IMG/VR virus record: IMGVR_UViG_3300023210_000033
Location: 1 to 62,424 of that record
Length of the DNA stretch: 62,424 bases
Strand: one strand, 5' to 3'
Source of the DNA: a virus
Lineage: Duplodnaviria; Caudoviricetes
The translations under genes were made by a program, and so were the position numbers. Position 1 is the stretch's first letter; each line of letters opens with the position of its first letter. Below, piece by piece: positions 1 through 8,906 of this stretch. Under the pieces are notes generated by a model, which was given only the letters and a program-made list of their open reading frames with translations, was not told where the DNA came from and did not search any database.

Positions 1-1
1 T

Positions 2-2014
2 GCAATTGATGGCATCCCAACAGTAAATGACAAAGTAATTGGAACAAATGTTGACGATGCTGATGTTACAATGAATTATACCATTGGTGATATCATTGCA
101 TTAGTACCCGGAGGTTCTTCTTCCGTAAAGTCATTAAACACACTAACAGGAGATTTAAACTTAATTGGAGCCGGAGGCATTAGTATTAGTGCTTCCGGAA
201 CCGATATTACTATTACAGGTAGTGGTGGTGGAGGTATCCAAACTATTGAGGGAGCAACCGGACCTGATATTGATTTAGCAGGTAAGGGAGGTATTACAAT
301 AACTACAGTAGGGAACTTAATTAATATAGATGGTACAGGCATTGGAGGAGGAAATCCTTCTGAACCTGAGTTCGGTGTTCAGTTTAATCAAGGAGGTGTT
401 TTCAATGCAGGTGATTTTTTTAAGGTAGATGTATCTTCAAAAAGCAACCCTAACGTTAATATTGGTCAAGCATCAAGAATCAAAGGTCAGTTAAATATAT
501 TTGCAGGAGCCGGTGAAGGTGCATTTTATGGAGAGACAAGATATTATGATGCAGTTGGTTCAGGTGGATTTGCTGCTTGGGCATCTCCGGGTCAAATTGA
601 AAAACAAAGCTATGCAGTTGCGTTGCCGGAAAACGAACCTGCTCTTGGTCAAGTATTAGTTATTGACAAAGCACCGACTCTGTCATCTCCCTACACATCT
701 ATATGGAGTACAGTAGGAGGTAGTGCTGACGAGAAATTTAAAATTGATGCAGCAGATACTTCATCAGGTTTTTGGCTTGACAAAATAACTATGGGTTCCG
801 GTATAACTCAAACTGTATTAACCGACAAAGACGGAATTAAAACAATACAACTTAATGGAAGTAGTGTATCAACTGTAAATAGTATTAAAGTAGGTAGTTC
901 TACTGCCCAAGGTACATTTGGGTTTACAGGTTCAGGAGTTACAATGACTAATGGTGGTGCAGGTGACCCGGGAAAAATAATTGATTTCAATTACCAAGAC
1001 CCTTTAGTTAGTGGCACAAACATTAAAACTATAAATAGTCAATCTATTTTAGGAAGTGGAGATATTGTAGTTAGTGGTGGTGGTGGAACTGTCACATCAG
1101 TTGGAGGGACTGCTCCAATAGTAAGTTCAGGAGGAAATACTCCTTCGCTTAGTATGGCTAAGTCTACAAGATTAGTTGATGGATATTTAGGTTCAGGTGA
1201 TTTTGTTACTTTTGATAACAAACAAACTGCTTTAGTTAGTGGCACAAACATTAAAACAGTTAACGGAAATAGTATTCTCGGTAGTGGGAATTTAGCTATT
1301 ACTGCTACTGCAGCACCGGGAGGTACAAGTGCTCAGATTCAATATAATAACAATAGTGTATTAGATGGGAATGTAGGACTTACTTTAGATACAGGGACTG
1401 CAGGACTTACTAAGGTTCAAATTGGGTCATCTCTTAACCCAACCTTTAGATACGGAGTATTAAAGCTTACAGGAAACGGAAGTACAGAAGGTGGAAAAAT
1501 AGAACTTGAAACAGGAGCAAGTAAAGGCTCTCCGGAAACAATTATTCTTCAAGCACCTGATACAGGAGCAGCACAAGAAATTTCATTACCTGAAAGCTTA
1601 CCAACGGCAGACACGCAGGTGTTAGGTATTAAGTCTATTAATGGAACATCAGTTCAAACACAATGGGAAACACCAACAGGTGGTGGCTCGTTACCTTATA
1701 CAAGTTATGAAGCAATATTCTCATCGACAGGAGGAAGTGTCTCAGTAGTAGAAGCTAATAATACCACAGGTACAACTTTTACTTGGGTAGATTCCGGTAA
1801 TGAAATTGTAATAAGACCTACTGTAGCATTTGGAGACCAACCTGTTCTTGTATTGTTAAATGGGTATGGTGGTACTAAAGAATCTAAAGCTTTATGTTTT
1901 TTCGGAGGGTATCTTAAAGCTAACGGACAAGTTACAATTGATAAATTAGACCGAGATTTTAACTCAACCGTGGCAGACATTGTCCAAGGAAACTTTGAAC
2001 TTAGAGTATACTAA
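2..2014 (+). CDS. Tail fibre / receptor-binding protein, variant B (5'-truncated by the window edge)
   Basis: The frame is open from nt 2 (AIDGIPTVNDKVIGTNVDDADVTMNYTIGDI) and aligns with the N-terminus of 60130..61320 (SIDTLPTNDDKVIGSDNENSQITKNYLIGDI), so ATG 71 is probably not the true start. Gly/Ser/Thr-rich, with two LVSGTNIKTxNxxSILGSG fibre repeats. Confidence 0.75.
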   Translation, partial: AIDGIPTVNDKVIGTNVDDADVTMNYTIGDIIALVPGGSSSVKSLNTLTGDLNLIGAGGISISASGTDITITGSGGGGIQTIEGATGPDIDLAGKGGITITTVGNLINIDGTGIGGGNPSEPEFGVQFNQGGVFNAGDFFKVDVSSKSNPNVNIGQASRIKGQLNIFAGAGEGAFYGETRYYDAVGSGGFAAWASPGQIEKQSYAVALPENEPALGQVLVIDKAPTLSSPYTSIWSTVGGSADEKFKIDAADTSSGFWLDKITMGSGITQTVLTDKDGIKTIQLNGSSVSTVNSIKVGSSTAQGTFGFTGSGVTMTNGGAGDPGKIIDFNYQDPLVSGTNIKTINSQSILGSGDIVVSGGGGTVTSVGGTAPIVSSGGNTPSLSMAKSTRLVDGYLGSGDFVTFDNKQTALVSGTNIKTVNGNSILGSGNLAITATAAPGGTSAQIQYNNNSVLDGNVGLTLDTGTAGLTKVQIGSSLNPTFRYGVLKLTGNGSTEGGKIELETGASKGSPETIILQAPDTGAAQEISLPESLPTADTQVLGIKSINGTSVQTQWETPTGGGSLPYTSYEAIFSSTGGSVSVVEANNTTGTTFTWVDSGNEIVIRPTVAFGDQPVLVLLNGYGGTKESKALCFFGGYLKANGQVTIDKLDRDFNSTVADIVQGNFELRVY

Positions 2015-2241
2015 TGGATATTAGAAAAATTTCAATAGGTCCTGATTACAAATCAGGAGCAATGCATTATATTGTAGGGCAATCTGTTTTAAATGGTAGT
2101 TATACTATTCATTTAATTAAGTTTGTTTTAGAAAAAGAGAGTATATTAATTTATATTCAAAAAGAAGATGAGATTTTACTTTGGAAAGAGTTTACTTCAA
2201 CGATGCCCGTCTCTATTGAATATAATATAAACTTTATTTAA
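2014..2241 (+). CDS. Conserved phage hypothetical protein (paralog of 61322..61546)
   Basis: 75 aa; the MDIRKISxGPDYKSGAMHYIVGQ start is shared with the copy at 61322; translationally coupled (TAATG). Confidence 0.85.
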   Translation: MDIRKISIGPDYKSGAMHYIVGQSVLNGSYTIHLIKFVLEKESILIYIQKEDEILLWKEFTSTMPVSIEYNINFI

Positions 2242-2423
2242 TGACGGATAACGAAAGAAAAGAACTAATCGAAAAGGTCGAAGTTCTTAAAATGGAAAAA
2301 GATAAGGTTGATGATTGGATGGATTCAATGGCTATTGCTGATGAGATTCACAATATTGAAATGAAATTAAATGGAGTTAAACCAACTGATTCGCATATAG
2401 ATTGTATTGGTTGTGGCTCGTAA
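2241..2423 (+). CDS. Small protein with C-terminal CxxCGS (paralog of 61548..61730)
   Basis: 60 aa ending IDCIGCGS; near-identical C-terminal half in the second copy. Confidence 0.85.
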   Translation: MTDNERKELIEKVEVLKMEKDKVDDWMDSMAIADEIHNIEMKLNGVKPTDSHIDCIGCGS

Positions 2424-2431
2424 ATTAAATT

Positions 2432-2995
2432 ATGAAATCACCGTTTGCATTTATCGTAAAACCTTTAAAAGGTAAACGATATAACAACACAAAAGAAATA
2501 TCCGGATTGGATATTATCATAAGCACATCTGAAGAAGATTTTAAATTTTCTAATAGAGAAGCAGAAGTAGTTGAACTCCCCCTTGGATATAAAGGTCCGA
2601 TAAAGGTGGGAGATTTTTTGTTAGTACACCATAATGTTTTTAAGTTTTATAACGATATGTACGGAAAACAAAGAAGTGGTAAAAGCTACTTTAAAGATGA
2701 TTTGTTTTTTATAGAAGACGAACAGTTCTATGCGTACCATAACGGTACACAATGGAATGCAGTTGACAGATATTGTTTTGTGCAACCTGCACCCGTAGAG
2801 GATTCATATATTTACAAACCTTTAAGTGAAGAGCCTTTGGTTGGTATAATGAAGTATCCTAATGAGTATCTAAAATCCAAAGGGGTTGTAGAAGGGACAA
2901 AGGTTTGTTATAAACCAAATAGTGAATATGAGTTTACCGTAAGTGATGAAAAACTTTACAGAATGTTTGACCACCAAATAGTTATGTCAATATGA
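2432..2995 (+). CDS. Tandem GroES-like (co-chaperonin fold) protein (paralog of 61739..62302)
   Basis: Two GroES-like units: FIVKP..GLDII..AEVVELP..IKVGD.LLV, and YCFVQP..GIMKYP..V.EG.KVCY..EYEF.V..EKLYRM. Confidence 0.6.
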   Translation: MKSPFAFIVKPLKGKRYNNTKEISGLDIIISTSEEDFKFSNREAEVVELPLGYKGPIKVGDFLLVHHNVFKFYNDMYGKQRSGKSYFKDDLFFIEDEQFYAYHNGTQWNAVDRYCFVQPAPVEDSYIYKPLSEEPLVGIMKYPNEYLKSKGVVEGTKVCYKPNSEYEFTVSDEKLYRMFDHQIVMSI

Positions 2996-3117
2996 ATATA
3001 GGAATATTTGAAGATGTAATACAAGGGGTAGATAAATATGTTGATGACATATTAAACGAAGGCTTTCAAGATATACAGATAGGAGAGGATTTATTTAAGA
3101 ATGTAAATGCAAGAGGT
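2991..3117 (+). repeat. 127-bp exact repeat, internal copy of the contig 3' end (circularisation junction)
   Basis: Identical to 62298..62424; the flanking bases differ immediately upstream (2990 a vs 62297 c). Confidence 0.97.
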
Positions 3118-3459
3118 ATTGACCAACTTGTTGTGTTTTTAAATGAACATTATCCTATGTATAAAGCAGATTTAAACTTTGTAAGAAGGTCACCCTTGAA
3201 TCAAGAAGAACCAAATTTCATTCATACAGATGATATGATGGGAGATTTAACTGCGATACTTTACTTAAACACAGAGCATCCTGAAACCGATGGGACTACT
3301 CTGTATTACAAAGGAGAGAAAATGTGTATCTTGAGGTCAAGATATAATAGGCTTGTTGTTTTTCCATCACACCTTTATCATTCAAGAAATATTTATGATA
3401 ATTTTGGTTATGCAAAAAAAGCAAGACTAATACAGGTTTGTTTTTTAAAAAAGAAATAA
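2992..3459 (+). CDS. 2OG-Fe(II) oxygenase superfamily protein
   Basis: HxD (FIHTD), LTAILYLN, GTTLY, YNRLVVF..HLYHS, and a terminal R (ARLIQVCF): the DSBH dioxygenase signature. Confidence 0.8.
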   Translation: MNIGIFEDVIQGVDKYVDDILNEGFQDIQIGEDLFKNVNARGIDQLVVFLNEHYPMYKADLNFVRRSPLNQEEPNFIHTDDMMGDLTAILYLNTEHPETDGTTLYYKGEKMCILRSRYNRLVVFPSHLYHSRNIYDNFGYAKKARLIQVCFLKKK

Positions 3460-3851
3460 TGACTGATTTTGAGTTGATGTTAAAAGAAGCTAATATAGAT
3501 TTAGAACTTTTAAATAAGTACATAGAGTCAGATGAGTTTATAAAAGAAGCAGGTCCCGTTGTGGATTTTGGTAATAAAAATTATGAGGTTAAAGACTCAA
3601 GCATTGAGGGTTTGGGGATTTTTACAACAAAAGATTTCAACAAAGGAGATGTTATTGGGTACGGAACTATGGATGGATGCAGAACTATAGCAGGTAGGTA
3701 TACTAATCATTCTAAATATCCTAACGCAAAGTTTTATTACTTTAAGGACAACAGTAACACTATTTTAATTGCAGAAGACAATATAAAAAAAGAACAAGAG
3801 ATTGTAGTTAATTACAGACACCATACATACAACAAACATTATTATGAGTAG
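3459..3851 (+). CDS. SET-domain (lysine methyltransferase) protein
   Basis: YEVKDSSIEGLGIFTTKDFNKGDVIG..GRYTNHSKYPNA..IKKEQEIVVNY gives the SET motifs GxG, RxxNHSxxPN and ExxxxY. ATG 3459 is coupled to the upstream stop. Confidence 0.88.
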   Translation: MTDFELMLKEANIDLELLNKYIESDEFIKEAGPVVDFGNKNYEVKDSSIEGLGIFTTKDFNKGDVIGYGTMDGCRTIAGRYTNHSKYPNAKFYYFKDNSNTILIAEDNIKKEQEIVVNYRHHTYNKHYYE

Positions 3852-3916
3852 AGAATGGGATTGGATGGATGAACTAAACGAAGATGTTCCTATAAAGAAA
3901 ACAAAACGTATTAGAA

Positions 3917-4198
3917 ATGAAATCAAACGAAATAAAATTAAGAATAATAGAAGCAGGTCACAGAGCGGTGGAGCAGCTTATAAAGGTAGCGAAGGAAGCG
4001 ATTATTAAACACGACCCTGAAGATGATTTAGCTGCAGACAAATTAAAGAATGCTGCTGCAACAAAGAAGTTAGCAATCTTTGATGCTTTTGAGATACTGA
4101 ATAGAATAGAATCAGAAAGAGAAGCTATTGAGTTAGCTGAGAAAGGAATTAGTAAAACAGATACCAAACAAGGGTTTGCAGAAAGAAGGTCAAAATAA
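3917..4198 (+). CDS. Putative terminase small subunit
   Basis: 93-aa helical protein directly upstream of and overlapping TerL; ends GFAERRSK. Confidence 0.55.
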   Translation: MKSNEIKLRIIEAGHRAVEQLIKVAKEAIIKHDPEDDLAADKLKNAAATKKLAIFDAFEILNRIESEREAIELAEKGISKTDTKQGFAERRSK

Positions 4199-6413
4199 AC
4201 TGTATAGAACATTAGAGGACTATATCCCTAAGAACGTACTTAGCAATAAAAACAAAGCTAAGTCGTGGGAGTATGGATATGACTCTAAGTATAATGTAGT
4301 TGTTATATCCAAGACAGGACAAGTGGGTTCTGTAATAAATATAAGTGGCTTAGCAATAGCGCTACCTAAAGAACCTAAAGAGTGTCTTCAAAGACACTCT
4401 AAAAAAGAACAACAATTTTGGGAAAGAACAGACTTACCTAAAGACTTAGATAGAATACAATCTATATTCCAATGGAATGAAATGTCATCTGATTTTAAAA
4501 ACAGATGGGTTGATTACATTGAGCGTGAGTTTGATTATAGGGAAGACGGTATGTTCTTTATGAACAACGGAAAGCCAACTTATATTACAGGCTCTCATTA
4601 TATGTATCTTCAATGGACAAGCATTGACGTAGGATACCCCGACTACAGGGAAGCAAACAGAATATTTTTTATTTATTGGGAGGCTTGTAAAGCTGATAAG
4701 AGAAGTTTCGGAATGACCTATCTAAAAATTAGGCGTTCAGGATTTTCATTTATGTCTTCAGCAGAATGTGTAAACACAGGTACTCTCGCTAAAGATGCAA
4801 GGGTAGGTATACTATCTAAGACAGGTAGTGATGCAAAGAAAATGTTTACAGATAAAGTAGTTCCTATAAATAACAGGTTACCTTTTTTCTTTAAACCTAT
4901 AATGGACGGTATGGACAGACCTAAAACTGAATTAGCTTTTAGAGTTCCTGCTTCTAAGATAACCAAGAAGAATATGTACGAGGTGGAGCAAGATGTTCTT
5001 GAAGGTCTTGATACAACTATTGATTGGAAAAACACAGATGACAACAGTTATGATGGTGAGAAACTATTATTGTTAGTGCACGATGAAAGTGGTAAATGGA
5101 TTAAGCCTAATAATATTTTAAATAATTGGCGTGTTACCAAAACCTGTTTGAGATTAGGTAGTAAGATTATAGGTAAATGTATGATGGGTTCTACTTCAAA
5201 TGCTCTTAGTAAGGGTGGTAGTAATTTCAAGAAACTATTTGAAGACTCAAGTGTAACATCTCGTAATGCAAACGGACAAACAAAAAGTGGGATGTATAAT
5301 CTTTTTATTCCTATGGAATGGAATATGGAAGGATTCATTGATAGATACGGGATGCCTGTATTCAGGAAAACAGATGAGCCTGTGTTAGGCGTTGATAATG
5401 AAATGATAGAGAATGGTGCTATAGACTATTGGGAAGCTGAGGTTGATTCATTAAAGAATGATGCTGATGCTTTGAATGAGTTCTATAGGCAATTCCCAAG
5501 AACAGAGTCTCACGCATTTAGAGATGAGAGCAAACAGTCCTTATTTAATCTAACCAAGATATATCAACAAGTTGATTTCAATGATACGTTGATATCAGAA
5601 CATCATATTACAAGAGGTTCTTTTAGTTGGTTAAATGGAATAAAAGATACCAAGGTAATTTTTAGCCCTAATAAAAGCGGAAGGTTCTTGGTTAGTTGGA
5701 CTCCTGAAAAGAATTTAACTAATAGAATTATAACTAAGAATGGAACTAAATATCCGGGTAACGAACACATAGGCTCGTTCGGATGTGATAGCTACGATAT
5801 AAGTGGTGTAGTTGGTGGCGGTGGTTCTAATGGAGCATTACACGGACTAACAAAGTTTAATATGGATAACGCTCCAAGTAACGAGTTTTTCTTAGAATAT
5901 ATTGCTCGACCACAAACGGCAGAGTTATTTTTCGAAGATGTATTAATGGCTTGTGTGTTCTATGGTATGCCTTTATTATGTGAGAATAATAAACCAAGGC
6001 TGCTATACCATTTTAAACACAGAGGATATAGAGGGTTTAGTATGAATAGACCTGATAAGACTTACAATAAATTATCAAAGACAGAACGTGAGTTGGGAGG
6101 GATACCCAATACAAGCGAATCAGTAAAACAAGCACACGCTTCTGCAATAGAATCTTACATAGAACAATATGTAGGAATGAACATAGATGAAGATTTAGAA
6201 GACATAGGAACGATGCCTTTTTCGAGGACCTTGGAGGATTGGGCAAAGTTCGATATAAGTAACAGAACAAAGTTTGATGCAAGTATATCGTCAGGTTTGG
6301 CTATAATGGCGTGTCAGAAACACCTATACCAACCTGAAAAAAAACAATCAAAAATAAACATTAACTTTGCAAGGTATAATAACAAGGGAACAATAAGCGA
6401 AATTATTCAATGA
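4176..6413 (+). CDS. terL: Terminase large subunit
   Basis: Walker A variant LKIRRSGFS, Walker B LLVHDESGKW, coupling motif MGST, nuclease GCDSYD; located before the portal. TTG start is uncertain. Confidence 0.9.
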   Translation: MQKEGQNKLYRTLEDYIPKNVLSNKNKAKSWEYGYDSKYNVVVISKTGQVGSVINISGLAIALPKEPKECLQRHSKKEQQFWERTDLPKDLDRIQSIFQWNEMSSDFKNRWVDYIEREFDYREDGMFFMNNGKPTYITGSHYMYLQWTSIDVGYPDYREANRIFFIYWEACKADKRSFGMTYLKIRRSGFSFMSSAECVNTGTLAKDARVGILSKTGSDAKKMFTDKVVPINNRLPFFFKPIMDGMDRPKTELAFRVPASKITKKNMYEVEQDVLEGLDTTIDWKNTDDNSYDGEKLLLLVHDESGKWIKPNNILNNWRVTKTCLRLGSKIIGKCMMGSTSNALSKGGSNFKKLFEDSSVTSRNANGQTKSGMYNLFIPMEWNMEGFIDRYGMPVFRKTDEPVLGVDNEMIENGAIDYWEAEVDSLKNDADALNEFYRQFPRTESHAFRDESKQSLFNLTKIYQQVDFNDTLISEHHITRGSFSWLNGIKDTKVIFSPNKSGRFLVSWTPEKNLTNRIITKNGTKYPGNEHIGSFGCDSYDISGVVGGGGSNGALHGLTKFNMDNAPSNEFFLEYIARPQTAELFFEDVLMACVFYGMPLLCENNKPRLLYHFKHRGYRGFSMNRPDKTYNKLSKTERELGGIPNTSESVKQAHASAIESYIEQYVGMNIDEDLEDIGTMPFSRTLEDWAKFDISNRTKFDASISSGLAIMACQKHLYQPEKKQSKININFARYNNKGTISEIIQ
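4382..4397. repeat. 16-bp palindromic motif copy 1 (GTGTCTTCAAAGACAC), inside terL
   Basis: Exact motif; the palindrome extends to 4379..4400; read as CLQRH. Confidence 0.95.
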
Positions 6414-8848
6414 AAGATGTTAAGGTAAACATAACATCGACAGGGTTTCCAAGTCAGTTTGTATCCGATGCTGAAAAAGCTACGGACGAATTTGGACTTC
6501 AGGTCGGACAGGCTATTCAATATGAATGGTTCAAGAAGGATGGAACTCAATGCAGATTCTATGACCAATGGAGAAACTTTCATAGGTTAAGACTCTACGC
6601 AAGAGGAGAGCAGCCTGTCGGTAAATATAAAAACGAGTTAGCAGTAGACGGAGATTTGTCTTATCTAAATTTAGATTGGACACCTGTACCTATCCTACCT
6701 AAGTTCGTAGACATTGTAGTTAATGGGATGTCTGATAGACTTTTTAAAGTCAAAGCATATGCGCAAGATGCTATGTCTCAATCTAAGAGAAGCAAGTATC
6801 AAGATATGATTGAAGGACAAATGGTAGCTAAACCTATTCTTGAAAAGATACAGGAAAAGACAGGCGCTAATCCATTCGTTGTAGACCCCGATAACTTACC
6901 TAAGGATGATGAAGAGTTGTCATTGTATATGCAGCTTAACTACAAACCTGCTATCGAGATAGCAGAAGAAGAGGCTATTAACACAATCCTTGAAGAAAAT
7001 CATTACATAGATTTAAGAAAAAGATATGACTACGACCTTGCTACTTTAGGTATTGCGGTTGGTAAGCACGAGTTTCTACAGGGAGCAGGTGTAAAGGTTT
7101 CATATGTAGACCCTGCTAATATTGTTTATAGCTATACAGAAGACCCTCACTTTAAAGATTGTTTTTATTGGGGAGAAGTAAAGACTGTTAATATAACAGA
7201 ACTAAAAAAGATTGACCCAAGTATTACTAACGAGCAAATGGAAGAAGTTGCCAAGAGTGGACAGAGTTGGTATGACTACTACAATGTTGCGCAGTATTAC
7301 GACAACGATATTTTCTACAGGGACACAGTAACATTAATGTATTTTAATTATAAGACCACAAAGAAGATGGTCTATAAGAAAAAGATTAATGAAGAAACAG
7401 GGGCAAAGAAAGTAATAGAAAAAGATGACCAATTCAATCCACCACAAGAGATGATGGATGAAGGTAACTTTGTTAAGATGTCTAAGACAATAGATGTTTG
7501 GTACGATGGAGTTATGGTTATGGGAACTAACTATCTTTTAAAGTGGGAGTTAGCAGAGAATATGGTAAGACCTAAGTCTTCCTCTCAACACGCTTTACCT
7601 AACTATGTTGCAGTAGCACCAAGAATGTATAAGGGCGCTATTGAGTCTTTAGTTAGAAGAATGATACCATTCGCTGATTTAATACAGATAACTCATTTAA
7701 AATTACAACAGGTTATAGCTAAGGTTGTACCTGATGGTGTCTTCATTGATGCGGATGGATTAAATGAAGTTGACCTTGGAACAGGAAACGCATACTCTCC
7801 TTCAGATGCTTTAAGATTATACTTCCAAACAGGTAGTGTAATCGGTAGAAGTTATACTCAGGACGGAGAATACAATAACGCAAAAGTTCCTATTACTCAG
7901 CTTACGTCAAATTCGGGTGCAGCAAAAACACAGATGCTTATTGGAAACTACAATCACTATCTTGATATGATTCGTTCTGTAACAGGATTGAATGAAGCAA
8001 GAGATGGTAGTAAGCCTGACCCTAACTCATTAGTTGGAGTTCAGAAATTAGCAGCACTAAATTCTAACACCGCAACGAGACATATTCTTGATGCGAGTTT
8101 GTATATGTTTAGAACTATAGCTGAAGGTCTTACCTATAGGATAGGTGATATATTAGAGTATGCAGACTTTAAAGATGATTTTGCAAATAAAATTGGTAAA
8201 TATAATGTTAGCATACTTAATGACATATCGGACTTGTATATCTACGACTTTGGTATATTCATTGAGGTTGCTCCGGACGAAGAAGAGAAGCAACAGTTAG
8301 AGCAAAATATTCAAATTGCTTTATCTAAAGGAGATATAAACCTTGAAGATGCTATTGATATACGTGAGATAAAAAATCTGAAACTTGCTAATCAACTTTT
8401 AAAACTTAAGCGTAAAGCTAAGCAAGAGAGAGAAGAGCAGATGGCAATGCAAAAACAAGCAATGCAACAACAGGCTCAAATGCAATCACAAGAAATGGCT
8501 GCACAAACTGCAATGCAAAAGCAACAACAAGAAATGCAAATGAAGATGCAAATTATTCAGGCGCAATCTCAAGCTGCTATTGCTAAGATGCAAAGTGAAG
8601 CTGAGTTGAAAGGTGTTCTTATGGATAAAGAGTTCCAAATGAATATGCAGTTAAGAGGATTGGATTCTCAAAATTTAATGCAAAGAGAGGATAAGAGAGA
8701 AACTGCAAAGTCTTCAAGAATTAGTCAGCAAAATACTGAACAAAGTAAACTGATTAATCAGAGAAAGAATAATCTCCCCTCTATAAATTTTGAATCCAAC
8801 GAAGATAGTTTAGATGGATTTGACCTTGCTGAGTTCGACCCAAGGTAA
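6410..8848 (+). CDS. Portal protein
   Basis: 812 aa following TerL; Gln/Met-rich C-terminal helical barrel typical of podoviral portals. Confidence 0.85.
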   Translation: MKDVKVNITSTGFPSQFVSDAEKATDEFGLQVGQAIQYEWFKKDGTQCRFYDQWRNFHRLRLYARGEQPVGKYKNELAVDGDLSYLNLDWTPVPILPKFVDIVVNGMSDRLFKVKAYAQDAMSQSKRSKYQDMIEGQMVAKPILEKIQEKTGANPFVVDPDNLPKDDEELSLYMQLNYKPAIEIAEEEAINTILEENHYIDLRKRYDYDLATLGIAVGKHEFLQGAGVKVSYVDPANIVYSYTEDPHFKDCFYWGEVKTVNITELKKIDPSITNEQMEEVAKSGQSWYDYYNVAQYYDNDIFYRDTVTLMYFNYKTTKKMVYKKKINEETGAKKVIEKDDQFNPPQEMMDEGNFVKMSKTIDVWYDGVMVMGTNYLLKWELAENMVRPKSSSQHALPNYVAVAPRMYKGAIESLVRRMIPFADLIQITHLKLQQVIAKVVPDGVFIDADGLNEVDLGTGNAYSPSDALRLYFQTGSVIGRSYTQDGEYNNAKVPITQLTSNSGAAKTQMLIGNYNHYLDMIRSVTGLNEARDGSKPDPNSLVGVQKLAALNSNTATRHILDASLYMFRTIAEGLTYRIGDILEYADFKDDFANKIGKYNVSILNDISDLYIYDFGIFIEVAPDEEEKQQLEQNIQIALSKGDINLEDAIDIREIKNLKLANQLLKLKRKAKQEREEQMAMQKQAMQQQAQMQSQEMAAQTAMQKQQQEMQMKMQIIQAQSQAAIAKMQSEAELKGVLMDKEFQMNMQLRGLDSQNLMQREDKRETAKSSRISQQNTEQSKLINQRKNNLPSINFESNEDSLDGFDLAEFDPR

Positions 8849-8875
8849 CCGTCTAAAACTAAAATAATATTTGTA

Positions 8876-8883
8876 TAACTTTG
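8876..8883 (+). promoter_or_regulatory. Bacteroidota sigma-A -7 element (TAACTTTG)
   Basis: Matches TAnnTTTG in the intergenic gap before 8907. Confidence 0.65.
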
Positions 8884-8906
8884 TATAAAATTAAATCTAA
8901 TAAAAT

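Noticed and set aside
1004-1257. 26-bp direct repeat TTAGTTAGTGGCACAAACATTAAAAC as a DGR template/variable pair or recombination site
   Set aside because: It encodes the duplicated LVSGTNIKT fibre repeat in frame. No reverse transcriptase gene or adenine-specific variation was seen.
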